From Malacoraja senta (Eukaryota): a DNA stretch of 64,000 nucleotides. The notes beneath the pieces are model-generated. The model ran no database searches. It saw only the letters and a list, made by a program, of their open reading frames with translations, and was not told the DNA's origin. This document shows positions 24,755 through 35,553 of this stretch, piece by piece (the stretch's first letter is position 1; the number at the start of each line of letters is the position of its first letter). A program made the position numbers and the translations under genes. Location: contig JAXLNO010000077.1 of the NCBI GenBank assembly GCA_038087875.1, positions 1-64,000 on the forward strand, in the 5' to 3' direction.

Positions 24755-26876
24755 CTTTTTTTTAATTTTTTTTTTTAATTAGAAGTACATTACATTACAA
24801 CCACATACATTAGTACTCGTCACTTATATCTTCTTACAATTAATGTACTCCGTTTGTTTTTTACACTAGTAAAGGGAAAGGATGAGATTGAGAGAAAGAA
24901 GAAAGTGAAGGAAAAAGTGAAAGTGTAGAAAATGTGACAACAAGAAAGAACGAAGACCCTATAAGAACAAAATTAAAAACAAAAGAAAAAGAGTTAAGAA
25001 ATAGACCCACGAAAAGAAGGAGAAAGAGAAAGAGGGAAAAGAGAAAAACAAATAGTTTTTATGAGCATTACGCAAATGGGACATACCAACTCTCCAACTT
25101 TCATCCCCCCTTACCTGACCTCAGTTTTTTTTTTTAAGGTACCTTTGCACCCTATATTTGTAATAATTCTATAAATGCAGACCACGTCAGGTGGAAGTGA
25201 TCTGGTTTACCTGCCCGGAGGAGTCTTATCTCTTCTAGGTGTTTTGTTTCGAACATATTTGAAATCCACATGTTTATAGTTGGTATTGGAGCCTTCTTCC
25301 AAAATTTTAGGATTAGCTTTTTTCCAGTTATTAACCCGTAGTCTATTAGTTTCTTTTGAAACACATTTAGTTCTAGACCATCTTCCATTATTCCGAAGAT
25401 AATCCATTCTGCTTTGGGTATCAGTTTTATTTTAAATAATTTTGTAAAGATTTCGAAAATTTCAATCCAAAGTTTTTGAATTTTTGTACAGAAAACAAAC
25501 GAGTGCACTATAGTACCTTCTTGGGATTGACATTTATCACAAATGGATGATACATTTGGGAAAATTTTATGGATTTTAGTTTTGGAATAATATAATCTAT
25601 GTAAAATTTTAAATTATATTAAAGTGTGTCTTACATTAATCGAACATTTATGCACGTTCAATAAGTGTTCATTCCACCTTTCCTTTGAAATTTTAATAGC
25701 TAACTCTTGTTCCCAGTCTCTTCTGATACCCTCCGTAGATGGTATTTCTACATTTAAGATAATATTATACAAATATGATATTAAGTTTGCTGATTCAGCT
25801 TTTATCTGCATTGCATCATCCAATAGATCTGCTGGGCTATTATAATGATCTTTTGTATATTTTTTCAAATAGTCGCATATTTGAAAATATTTAAAATATT
25901 GATTATTTCCGAGTTTATATTTTATTTGTAATTGTTGAAATGAAAGTAATTTTCCAATTTCATACAAGTCACCGAACGTTTTAATTCCTAGTCTATCCCA
26001 ATGTGTGAAAGATTTATCTATAGTAGAGGGATTAAACGAAGGGTTATTAACTATGGGAGATAATAGTGATAAATTTCTTAATTTTAAATTTTGTTTTATT
26101 TGTTTCCAAATTCGGATTGTGCTATGTATAATTGGGTTCTTATTATAATTTATATTATTCAGTTTCATTGGTGAGAGGAGGATCGCTCCAATGTTTCCAG
26201 AGGAGCAATCCTCTTTCTCCATTACAATCCAGTCCACTTGCTGGGCAGAGTTATCCATCAGTTGAATCATATTTTTAATATTTACTGACCAATAATAATA
26301 CATGAAATTAGGTAGTGCTAAACCCCCTAATACTTTAGGTTTATTCAAGTGAGTTTTTTGTATTCTATGTGATTTATAGTCCCATATAAAATTAGTGATA
26401 TCTGAGTCCAGTTTTTTTTTTAAACTTCTTTGGTAAGTATATAGGAATCGATTGAAATAGGTATAAAATTTGTGGTAGAAAGATCATTTTTATTGCATTT
26501 ATTCGGCCTATTAAAGACATCGGGAGCGTTTTCCAAAACTTAATTAGTGTGTTTAATTTATTAAGTAGGGGATCAAAATTTGCTTTAAACATACCTTGAT
26601 ATGTTCTAGTAATTTCGATTCCCAAGTATTTACATTTTTCTGTAGCTATTTTAAAAGGGAATTTTAAAAGATGTGTTGAATCTTTTGGTTTTATTGACAT
26701 AATTTCACTTTTATTCCAATTTATTCTGTACCTAGAAAAAGATCCAAAGTCTTCAATTAAATTTAATATATTTGGTATAGTGATTTGAGGTTTTGTAATG
26801 TACTGTAATATATCATCCGCGTATAAAGATATTTTATTATATGAATCTTTAGTATTATACCCATGGATATCAGGGT
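24755..26876 (-). mobile_element. 5'-truncated L1-clade LINE, frameshifted
   Basis: ORF pieces with SLYADD, KYLGI, GRINAIKM, GGLALPN and HSFVFC; T-rich tail at 24755-24780. 12-bp TSD AGCACACGGTAT at 24743-24754 and 26877-26888. Confidence 0.92.
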
Positions 26877-27874
26877 AGCACACGGTATTTATGGGTTCAG
26901 TATTGATGTGGATAGAGAACTGGCTGGCAGACAGGAAGCAAAGAGTAGGAGTAAATGGGTCCTTTTCAGAATGGCAGGCAGTGACTAGTGGGGTACCGCA
27001 AGGCTCAGTGCTGGGACCCTAGCTATTTACAATTGATATTAATGATCTGGATGAGGGAATTGAATGCAACATCTCCAAGTTTGCAGATGACACGAAGCTG
27101 GGGGGCAGTGTTAGCTGTGAGGAGGATGCTAGGCGGCTGCAAGGTGACTTGGATAGGTTGGGTGAGTATGGCAGATGCAGTATAATGTGGATAAATGTGA
27201 GGTTATCCACTTTGGTGGCAAAAACAGGAAAGTAGACTATTATCTGAATGGTGGCCGATTAGGAAAAGGGGAGATGCAACAAGACCTGGGTGTCATGGTA
27301 CACCAGTCATTGAAAGTAGGCATGCAGGTGCAGCAGGCAGTGAAGAAAGCGAATGGTATGTTAGCATTCATAGCAAAAGGATTTGAGTATAAGAGCAGGG
27401 AGGTTCTACTGCAGTTGTACAGGGTCTTGGTGAGACCACACCTGGAGTATTGCGTACAGTTTTGGTTTCCTAATCTGAGGAAAGACATTCTTGCCATAGA
27501 GGGAGTACAGAGAAGGTTCACCAGACTGATTCCTGGGATGGCAGGACTTTCATATGAAGAAAGACTGGATAGACTCGGCTTGTACTCGCTAGAATTTAGA
27601 AGATTGAGGGGGGATCTTATAGAAACTTACAAAATTCTTAAGGGGTTGGACAGGCTAGATGCAGGAAGATTATTCCCGATGTTGGGGAAGTCCACAACAA
27701 GGGGTCACAGTTTAAGGATAAGGGGGAAGTCTTTTAGGACCGAGATGAGAAAATCATTTTTTACACAGAGAGTGGTGAATCTGTGGAATTCTCTGCCACA
27801 GAAGGTAGTTGAGGCCAGTTCATTGGCTATATTTAAGAGGGAGTTATATGTGGCCCTTGTGGCTAAAGGGATCA

Positions 27875-28747
27875 ATACAATACAATTATACAATACAATT
27901 TTATTTGTCTTTTGGACAAATTTGTCATTTGGACCCCTTGAGGTCCCAACGAAATGTCGTTTCTGCAGCCATACATTACAAAACGAAAAAAGACCCGAGA
28001 CACAACACAATTTACACATACATCCATCACAGCGCTGTGATGGAAGGCAAAAAAACGTATCTTTCCACTGCACTTCCCCCCCCTCCCCGATGTCAGAGTC
28101 AAAGTCAAAGCCCCCGGCGGGCGATGGTGATTATCCCGCGGCCATTAAAGCCACGCCGGTTAATGCAAGGGTCACGCACCGGGTCTTGGTGTTAGAGCCC
28201 CGGCGCGCGCTCGCAAAGTCCGGCGGCCATTCCAAGCCGAGTGGGGGGGATAAAGCCCCGCATCAGGTGCTCTTCAACCCCGCAACTCGGGCGGGAGAAG
28301 TCGCCGCTGCGGAAGCCCCGAAAAGCGGTCTCCCACCAGGGACCCGCGGGCTTCCGGTGTTGCCGTCCGCCAGACCCGCGGTTGTAGCCTCCGAATCTCC
28401 GGGGGTCGGGTAGCAGCAGCGATTGTCTCCACCACAGCTCCACCCGCTCCGGACTCGGCCAGCCCCGTGACGGTGAGTAGTCCGCAGCTCCGCAACTGGA
28501 GCCCCAGGTCGCTCCTGCTGGAGGCCGCTCCACGTTGCCCAGCCCCAACGACAACGGAGACCCGATAAAGAAAAGGTTGGGTCTCCCGTGCAGGGGAAAG
28601 ATTTTAAAGTCCCCCCCCCGCCCCCCCCCCCCCCACACACATACCCCGACAAAAAAAATAATAAAAAACTACATAAAAACGAGACAAAAATTATAAAAGA
28701 CAGACGGACTGCAGAGGCCGCTGCAAAGAAGAGTCGCGCCGCCCACC
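27875..28747 (-). mobile_element. 873-bp GC-rich non-coding retroposon, copy 1
   Basis: 5' end GGTGGGCGGCGCGACTC; 3' end GACAAATAAA plus (ATTGT)n. TSD GATCA at 27870-27874 and 28748-28752 inside the CR1. Confidence 0.9.
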
Positions 28748-29294
28748 GATCAGGTGGTATGGATAGAAGGCAGGTACAGGATACTGAGTTGGATGATCAG
28801 GCTCGAAGGGCCGAATGGCCTACTCCTGCACCTATTTTCTATGTTTCTATGTTTACAATATCCAGGGAGATCTATTTTGCTTTTCCTTGCAATAATGCCA
28901 ATTCCAAGCACCTGAGAGGGTAGGTAGGCAACTTAAAGACAGTAAAGCACTCAGTAACAAACTGAGGTGTTAGTTTAAACGAATTAGTTGATGAAACACG
29001 ACTGTACACAGAGCAGAGAGTGGATCAGTCATTTCAAGGTAGCCTTGCAACATATGACTACAGTCCAGCCTCAAAATCTACAGATTATGCTATGTAATCA
29101 ATAAAGCTATATTTTACTTGCAGACCATTAAAGGCAACGCAGTAATTCATGATGCTGCTGCTACACAGCACCAGAGACCTTGGCTTGATCCTGACTTCCA
29201 GTATTGTCTGTGTACAGCTTGCCACTTTCTCCATGAGACTGCTTGGGTTTCCACTCGGTATTCCAGTTTCCACTCAGGAAGTGACATGATACCA

Positions 29295-29510
29295 TCACCA
29301 GTCACATCTTTCCCTCCCTTTCTGCTTTCCGCAGGGACCTCTCTCTCTGCATCTCCTTGGTTCACGCATTCCTCCACACTCATCTCTACTTCCCCAGGCA
29401 TTTTCCCCTGCAACCATAGGAGGTGCAACATCTGTCCCCACATCACCTGCCCCACCACCATCCAGGGACCTAAACATCCATTCCAGGTGAGGCAGAGATT
29501 GACTTGCATC
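29295..29510 (+). mobile_element. Penelope-like fragment
   Basis: SPGIFPCNHRRCNICPHI...IQGPKHPFQVRQRLTC, homologous to the PLE at 4.4-5.5 kb. Confidence 0.8.
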
Positions 29511-29511
29511 T

Positions 29512-29630
29512 TAGTTTAGTTAAGTTGAGAGATACAGCATGGGAATAGGCCCTTCGGCCCACCGAGTCCGCGCCGATCAGCAATCCCCGCACACTAACAC
29601 TATCGTACACACACTAGGGACAATTTACAA
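29512..29630 (-). mobile_element. 3' half of a tRNA-derived SINE, broken at 29630
   Basis: Reverse complement of the 3' part of the SINE at 21302-21631; ends abruptly at CAGTGATGG. Confidence 0.85.
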
Positions 29631-29818
29631 CAGTGATGGAAATGGATTTTAGGAACTAGGGTACTCTAAGGCCCGTGAGGCTGAGGTTGGGAAGGAAGGG
29701 GGGGGGGATTTTTTTTGTGCGGTCATACCCATGTAAGAGTACAAGAATGCATAACATGTTTATTGTGTATTTATAATATAATTTATTGTGTATTATATGT
29801 CATAGCTGCTTTCTTGCA

Positions 29819-29822
29819 TCTC

Positions 29823-29858
<36 letters not shown>
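29819..29858. repeat. (CT)n microsatellite
   Basis: Direct reading. Confidence 0.95.
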
Positions 29859-29863
<5 letters not shown>

Positions 29864-29949
29864 GTGTGTTGGCTGCAGCCATCGTCTGCTTCGGTGAGGG
29901 AAGCAGGTCGGTGATTGATTAAAAGGCCCCTACGAGACCAGCGCATTAT

Positions 29950-30085
29950 GTGATTGGACACGATGCCCTTGGAGATAGCGGCTGATTGGACGGGAGGAGA
30001 CCGATTTGTTGATTGGACGGGAATTTTAAGGGAAGCTGGTCGGTGATTGGACGCAACCCCCTTAGAGACAGCGGTTGATTGGCCG
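29950..30085. promoter_or_regulatory. Cluster of five same-orientation CCAAT (NF-Y) boxes in CpG-rich DNA
   Basis: TGATTGG, with ATTGG starting at 29953, 29985, 30012, 30046 and 30078 (spacing 32/27/34/32 bp). Function is inferred. Confidence 0.55.
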
Positions 30086-30353
30086 CCAAATAATCGGGCA
30101 CAAAAAATTGAAAATAGAAAAAGAATAAAATCGGAATTCCAATTTAAATCGGAAGAATATCATGCCTGAGCGGGCCAGGCGGCACCCGCAGAGGGAATGG
30201 ACCAGGAACCTGGCCCGTAGCGTCTCCTGGTCCGTTCCCACCCCCCTCCCAACAGGAAGGAACCGCAGATGCAGCCGTCCCCGCAAAACGGCAAATGATT
30301 CCTGGAATGCCGAGGCAAGCGGGTGAGAGAGAGGGAGTGAGAGAGCGAGAGAG

Positions 30354-30749
30354 ATCCAAAGGACGAATTCGGATCCCAACTACGCCTCGCTGAGACCTCG
30401 CCAGAAGTTTTAAACCTACGACCCCCTCCAGTTCGAGCCACGTGGACCAAGATACCACGTTGTAAACAACCACGTTCGCTACTTTGACTGGGAGTTCGCG
30501 TTCCGCCACAGTCCCGCCAGCGGTTTACAGCTGTTTGATATCTGCTTCAGGAAGGAGCGGGTGGTCTACGAGTTGAGCGTCCAGGAGGTGAACTCTGTTT
30601 ACGGCGGAGAGACGCCAGGTCTGATGAGGGCCAAGTTCTTAGATGGTCATTATGGAATTGCGAAATGTTCCAATGAGCTGGTGAAAGACATGGACTGCCC
30701 TTACAGCGCCACTTTCCTCCACACTCCCCATCTCATGGAGACTGGAAAC
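30354..30749 (+). pseudogene. Fragment of a copper-containing amine oxidase gene (AOC1/AOC3-like; start of the catalytic domain)
   Basis: A single frame reads IQRTNSDPNYASLRPRQKF*TYDPLQFEPRGPRYHVVNNHVRYFDWEFAFRHSPASGLQLFDICFRKERVVYELSVQEVNSVYGGETPGLMRAKFLDGHYGIAKCSNELVKDMDCPYSATFLHTPHLMETGN. From memory this aligns to AOC3 PLQFYPQGPRF..W.F.F....SG..IFDVRF.GERLVYEISLQEA..IYGG..P..M...Y.DG.FG........GVDCPY.ATY and to the equivalent AOC1 region. In-frame TAA at 30411; both ends truncated. Confidence 0.9.
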
Positions 30750-30865
30750 CAAAGATCCTATAGCGGAGCAAGATAGTCCACTCGACGAAAAAGCCGTAGT
30801 AGGGTCATGGGTAATCTTCAGCACCATTTCCGTAACCGGCTTCCGTCTCCGCTCTAGTATCTTTG
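30750..30865. mobile_element. 116-bp MITE with 19-bp TIRs, abutting the end of the AOC fragment
   Basis: CAAAGATCCTATAGCGGAG (30750-30768) vs reverse complement of 30847-30865, CAAAGATACTAGAGCGGAG (17/19). No clear TSD. Confidence 0.8.
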
Positions 30866-30992
30866 CTTTGATCATGGCTTCTTCATGCACAAATCATCTT
30901 TTTTTTCTCGTTATATTCCTGCCTAGTCCTCCTTATTAACTTTGAACATACAAATATTGCCATTTGGAAGGAGCTCCAGAAAATCCTGCACC

Positions 30993-31867
30993 AATTCAAT
31001 TCAATTCAATTTATTTGTCTTTTGGACAAATTTGTCATTTGGACCCCTTGAGGTCCAAACGAAATGTCGTTTCTGCAGCCATACAATACAAAACGAAGAA
31101 GACCCGAGACACAACACAATTTACACATACATCCATCACAGCACTGTGATGGAAGGCAAAAAAAACGTATCTCTCCACTGCACTCCCCCCCCCCCCGATG
31201 TCAGAGTCAAAGTCAAAGCCCCCGGCGGGCGATGGTGATTGTCCCGCGGCCATTAAAGCCACGCTGGGTGATGCAAGGTCGCGCACCGGGTCTTGGTGTT
31301 AGAGCCCCGGCGCGCGCCCGCAAAGTCCGGCGGCCATTCCAAGCCGCGCGGGGCGACAATGTAAAGCCCCGCTCCAGGTGCTCTTCAACCCCGCAACTCG
31401 GGCGGGAGAAGTCGCCGCTGCGGAAGCCCCGAAAAGCGGTCTCCCACCAGGGGACCCGCGGGCTTCCGGTGTTGCCGTCCGCCAGACCCGCGGTTGTAGC
31501 CTCCGAATCTCCGGAGGTCGGGTCGCAGCAGCGCTTGTCTCCACCACAGCTCCACCCGCTCCGGACTCGGCCAGCCCCGCAACGGTGAGTAGTCCGCAGC
31601 TCCGCAACTGGAGCCCCAGGTCGTTCCTGCTGGAGGCCGCTCCACGTTGCCCAGCCCCAACGACAACGGAGACCCGACAAAGAAAAGGTCGGGTCTCCCG
31701 TGCAGGGGAAAGATTTCAAAGTTCCCCCCCCCACCCCCCCCCCCCCCCCCCCCACACACATACCCCGACAAAAAAAATAATAAAAAACTACATAAAATCG
31801 AGACAAAAATAATAAAAAGACAGACGGACTGCAGAGGCCGCTGCTGACGAGAGTCGCGCCGCCCACC
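30993..31867 (-). mobile_element. ~875-bp GC-rich non-coding retroposon, copy 2
   Basis: Highly similar over its whole length to 27875-28747, with the same 5' end and an (ATTGA)n tail. Confidence 0.9.
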
Positions 31868-32203
31868 AAGTCAAGCCATCCCCCCCCCCCAACCTTCCTT
31901 CCGACACGGACACGGAGCGATCGGCGGCCCCCTTTTTTTGGTTAAACTTCTATTTCCTTCGGGAGTGTTTTTGTAAAGTTCCTCCTTACCATTTCCGCAC
32001 TTTTTCGACAGCTGCCATGACCCGTTTGATGTCATCCTTCGCCCCGCTCCTGGTCTCGTCCCGCACCGAATTCTGCCTTTCTGGCACCCTGCTTCACCTA
32101 TGTCCCTTTCTTTTCCGTCTAGGACCTTCCTACCGAGGTCCTCTCCCACACACACGCCCCCATCACTCCTTTCAACCATACTCCCCCCTATGGGCCTGCA
32201 TCA

Positions 32204-32360
32204 TCCAAAGACATACAGGTTTGTAGGTTAATTGGCTTGGTAAATGTAAAATTGTTCCTAGTGGGTGTAGGATAGTGTTAATGTGCAGGGATCGCTGGTC
32301 GGCACGGACCCGGTGGGCCGAAGGGCCTGTTTCCACCCTGTATCTCTAAACTAAACTAAA
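32204..32360 (+). mobile_element. 3' half of a tRNA-derived SINE
   Basis: TCCAAAGACATACAGGTTTGTAGG...(AAACT)n; inverted relative to 29512-29630. Confidence 0.85.
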
Positions 32361-35125
32361 TTACCCAGTTTTATTTCCCTCTCCCACTCACTCCATAATG
32401 TCCATCACCCATGAACTCCTCTTACTGGGTGCACTCTTATCCATTGTCCGCATATGCCAACCCTACATTACTTATTTAGTCTCTGCCATCTATCACATCC
32501 CAGCCTGTCGTTATTTATATTCTTCGCTCCCACACTTGATTCCGTCTGTCAATGAAACCCTTCTTCACCTAGTTCCATTTATCGTTTGTCAACTCTTGCC
32601 CCACACCTCCCCATCGCCTCTTTATACTGGCTATCTCCACTTTACTTTTGCAGTCCAGAGGAAGAGCCCCAACCCAAAACATCGACTGTCCATTTCTCTC
32701 CACAGATGCTGTGTGACCCACAAAATTCCGCCAGCAGATTGTTTCTTGCATAAAGGTACAAGTGTAAGCAGAAATTGTGAATAAATCAATGAAAATTTGT
32801 CAACTAGAAATTTACAGACTTGCTGTCCTTGGAAGTAGTTAACTGAATTCAATGCAAACAGAATTCCAGATGTAGCCAGGAAAAGTTAAAACAAAAGCAA
32901 TTTTATTTCCCCCAAGGGAGGGCATCTAACGTTTCCAACCAGAGTCTATCGTCTGCAGAAAAATAATAATCCTTCAGCTCGTCAAAAAAAAAGGTTTTTT
33001 ATTCGAATTTACATGATAATGGTTTTTAAGCTCTCTGGCAGCTGGATTTCTGACGTTGCTTGAATCAATTTGAACACCTTCTGTCAAATGTACAGATGAT
33101 ATTCAAACCTCCTGAAATACAACAAGCCAGCAGATCCATTTAACAGACTAAATTTTCTTTCCATACTCCTGTAATGCAGTACCTAATCACCATCGCTGAG
33201 AAAATCCACACAAGAATAACCTATATGGCATTAATTAGTAATATTTTTAATAAGAGCACTTAAAACATAAACACCAAACTTTAAAAGAACAGGCAGTCTC
33301 AGGTTATGGAGAGGTTCTATTCCTGAGAACAAACTGTAAGATTATTTTTCTTTATATCAGAAACATCAATTTTCTATAGCTATCCATATCATATTGCTCT
33401 GCGTATACTCCCAATAATTCTTATATTTCAATAAACATTTGCGCTAACACTGCCCACAATTAAACACATGGAAAATATACTGTATCCAGTTAGTAATGAT
33501 CACCACATAATATTTTATTATTCTTTTTTTATCTTTAAAAATTTAGGAAATAATTTCTGAAGTCACTTCCGTTAAGTCAGATCTTCCATAAACCAGTGAT
33601 CCCCTACATTCTATTTCAAAGAGAAACAGCTGCATTTGTAAAGTAAATCACTACTTTCCGTGCAGTGTTCTTCAATTTACCCTTTTGCTGAATCCACCTA
33701 GATTTTTTTTAAAGACACATCAGTAAAAAGTCATATTTTAAGTGTAGTGCAATAACATAAAAGTGTATTAAAGAATATAATTTTAAGATATTACATCATT
33801 CCTGACATTTGAACAGATGTCAGTTATCGACTGGTTCAGAAATGCCACCCTGTTAAAAACAAAGAGCAGGAGAAACTCAGCAGTCAAATGCTCAGATGAT
33901 ATTCAAACTTCCTGCAACACAACAAGCCAGCAGATTCATTTAACTCAGACTAAATTTGATGCATTCAACGCAACATGTGTGGAGGGAATGGACAGATGGC
34001 GTTGTGGCTCTGGACCCTTCTTCATGGCCTGTCCATTTCCCCCACAGACGCTACCTGACCTGACAAGTTCTGCCGAGTGAGTTTTGCTCATGATTCCAGC
34101 ATCTGCTTGATTCTTGTGCCTTCATGTCATCTTGTAACTTGGGCAATTATTTCCCTCAATCAAATTTATAACAAAACCAGTGTTGGCACAGATGACACTG
34201 AATAAAACTAAGCAGGTTCTATAAATCACAAATACAAACATCATTAAAATTACAAAAAATGATTTTTTGATATATTTTTCGATTCTCTGCAGTATTTTCA
34301 ATGTGTAATATTTCAATTGACTGTTCTCCCTTCTGCCACTTATCTATCGCCCTCCCGTTTTTCAGGAGCATGGCTCAGTGCACAGAGTCCCTTGATACTT
34401 CACTCAAAATGTATATATTTTATATCTGAACCTTGCCAGGAATTGGCAGAAAGCCAGTGAAGGGTGTAAGGATCAGAGCCAGCCATGATCCTGAGTAGCT
34501 CACCTCTCGAGTCGGTAGGATGTGGGCATATACCCAACTTCAGATACTTGAGCATATGGGCTTGGAATCTGTTGCAATGATGATGAAACTGTCAAAAGCG
34601 ACTTTGAGTTCTGAAAAGCGCTATATAAATAAAATCTATTATTATTATTATTATTATCTTTCGTTTCTGCCACTCTATAAAACTGATAGTGACTTCTGTC
34701 ATCGACACATGCGCAGTCAAACAAAGAAATCCAGTACTAGTTATCAAATGATATCCTATTCCTCGTCAGGGTGCATTTTTACAGCCTACACCCAGATACC
34801 ATTCAATGAATCAATAATCTGAAGTGAATTTTGAGTTTTTAATACATTGTCTTCATTGATACAAACTAGAAAAAATGTATCTTGTTGAATGAGGTATGAC
34901 TGAGAGAGATGGAGTTGTTAATTACTATTGAACAACCTCAACTCCTCTTGGTACAATTACTTCAATATTCTATGATTATAAAACAATAAACATTCGATTC
35001 TTAAAGTTTGATATTTTAACTTCTTTCTTTATTTCATGTGCATGTCCTAATCCTTTTTTAAACACTCCTTAAATGGTTGAAAAAAGTCATTGCACTAGTG
35101 ACAACACTACTGCCAACAAGAATGT

Positions 35126-35553
35126 ATAGACAATAGGTGCAGGAGTAGGCCATTAGGCCCTTCGAACCAGCACCGCCATTCAATGTGATCATGGCTGATC
35201 ATCCCCAATCAGTACCCCGTTCCTGCCTTCTCCCCATATCCCCTGACTCCGCTATCTTTAAGAGCCCTATCTAGCTCTCTCTTGAAAGTATCCACTGCCC
35301 TCCGAGGCAGAGAATTCCACACACTCACCGCACTCTGTGAGAAAAAGTGTTTCCTCGTCTCCATTCTAAATGGCTTAACCCTTATTCTTAAACGGTGGAC
35401 CCTGGTTCTGGACTCCCCCAACATCGGGAACATTTTTCCTGCCTCTAGCGTGTCCAAACCCTTAACAATCTTATATGTTTCAATGATTCCCTCTCATCCT
35501 TCTAAATTCCAGAGTGTACAAGCCCAGCCGCTCCATTCTCTCAGCATATGACT
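35126..35553 (-). mobile_element. CR1 3' fragment
   Basis: ORF 35209-35457 AGKMFPMLGESRTR...WNSLP...GYGEKAGTGY. Confidence 0.9.

Larger units (their letters stand above)
24732..28853 (+). mobile_element. 5'-truncated CR1 interrupted by an L1 and by an 873-bp non-autonomous element
   Basis: TACAAACGTAAAGCACACGGTAT continues at 26877 into CR1 RT sequence nearly identical to the reverse complement of 48.4-49.5 kb. It resumes at 28748 and ends in (TATGTTTC)n. Confidence 0.9.

Noticed and set aside
27175..28413. 412-aa ORF as a novel gene
   Set aside because: It is the CR1 ORF2 C-terminus reading through into the antisense strand of the inserted 873-bp element; the junction and TSD are visible.
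30561..30776. Functional nested amine oxidase gene
   Set aside because: Upstream in-frame TAA at 30411, truncation by a MITE at 30750, and no further AOC sequence (TPQ or copper-binding regions) seen in the window.
31035..31869. Several overlapping 80-220 aa ORFs (also at 28192-28923 and 51841-52267)
   Set aside because: Stop-poor GC-rich repeat; the frames differ between the two copies and contain no recognisable domain.
29631..32168. CAGTGATGG ... CCATCACT as TIRs of the AOC cassette
   Set aside because: Only an 8-bp match and no TSD; too weak to call.
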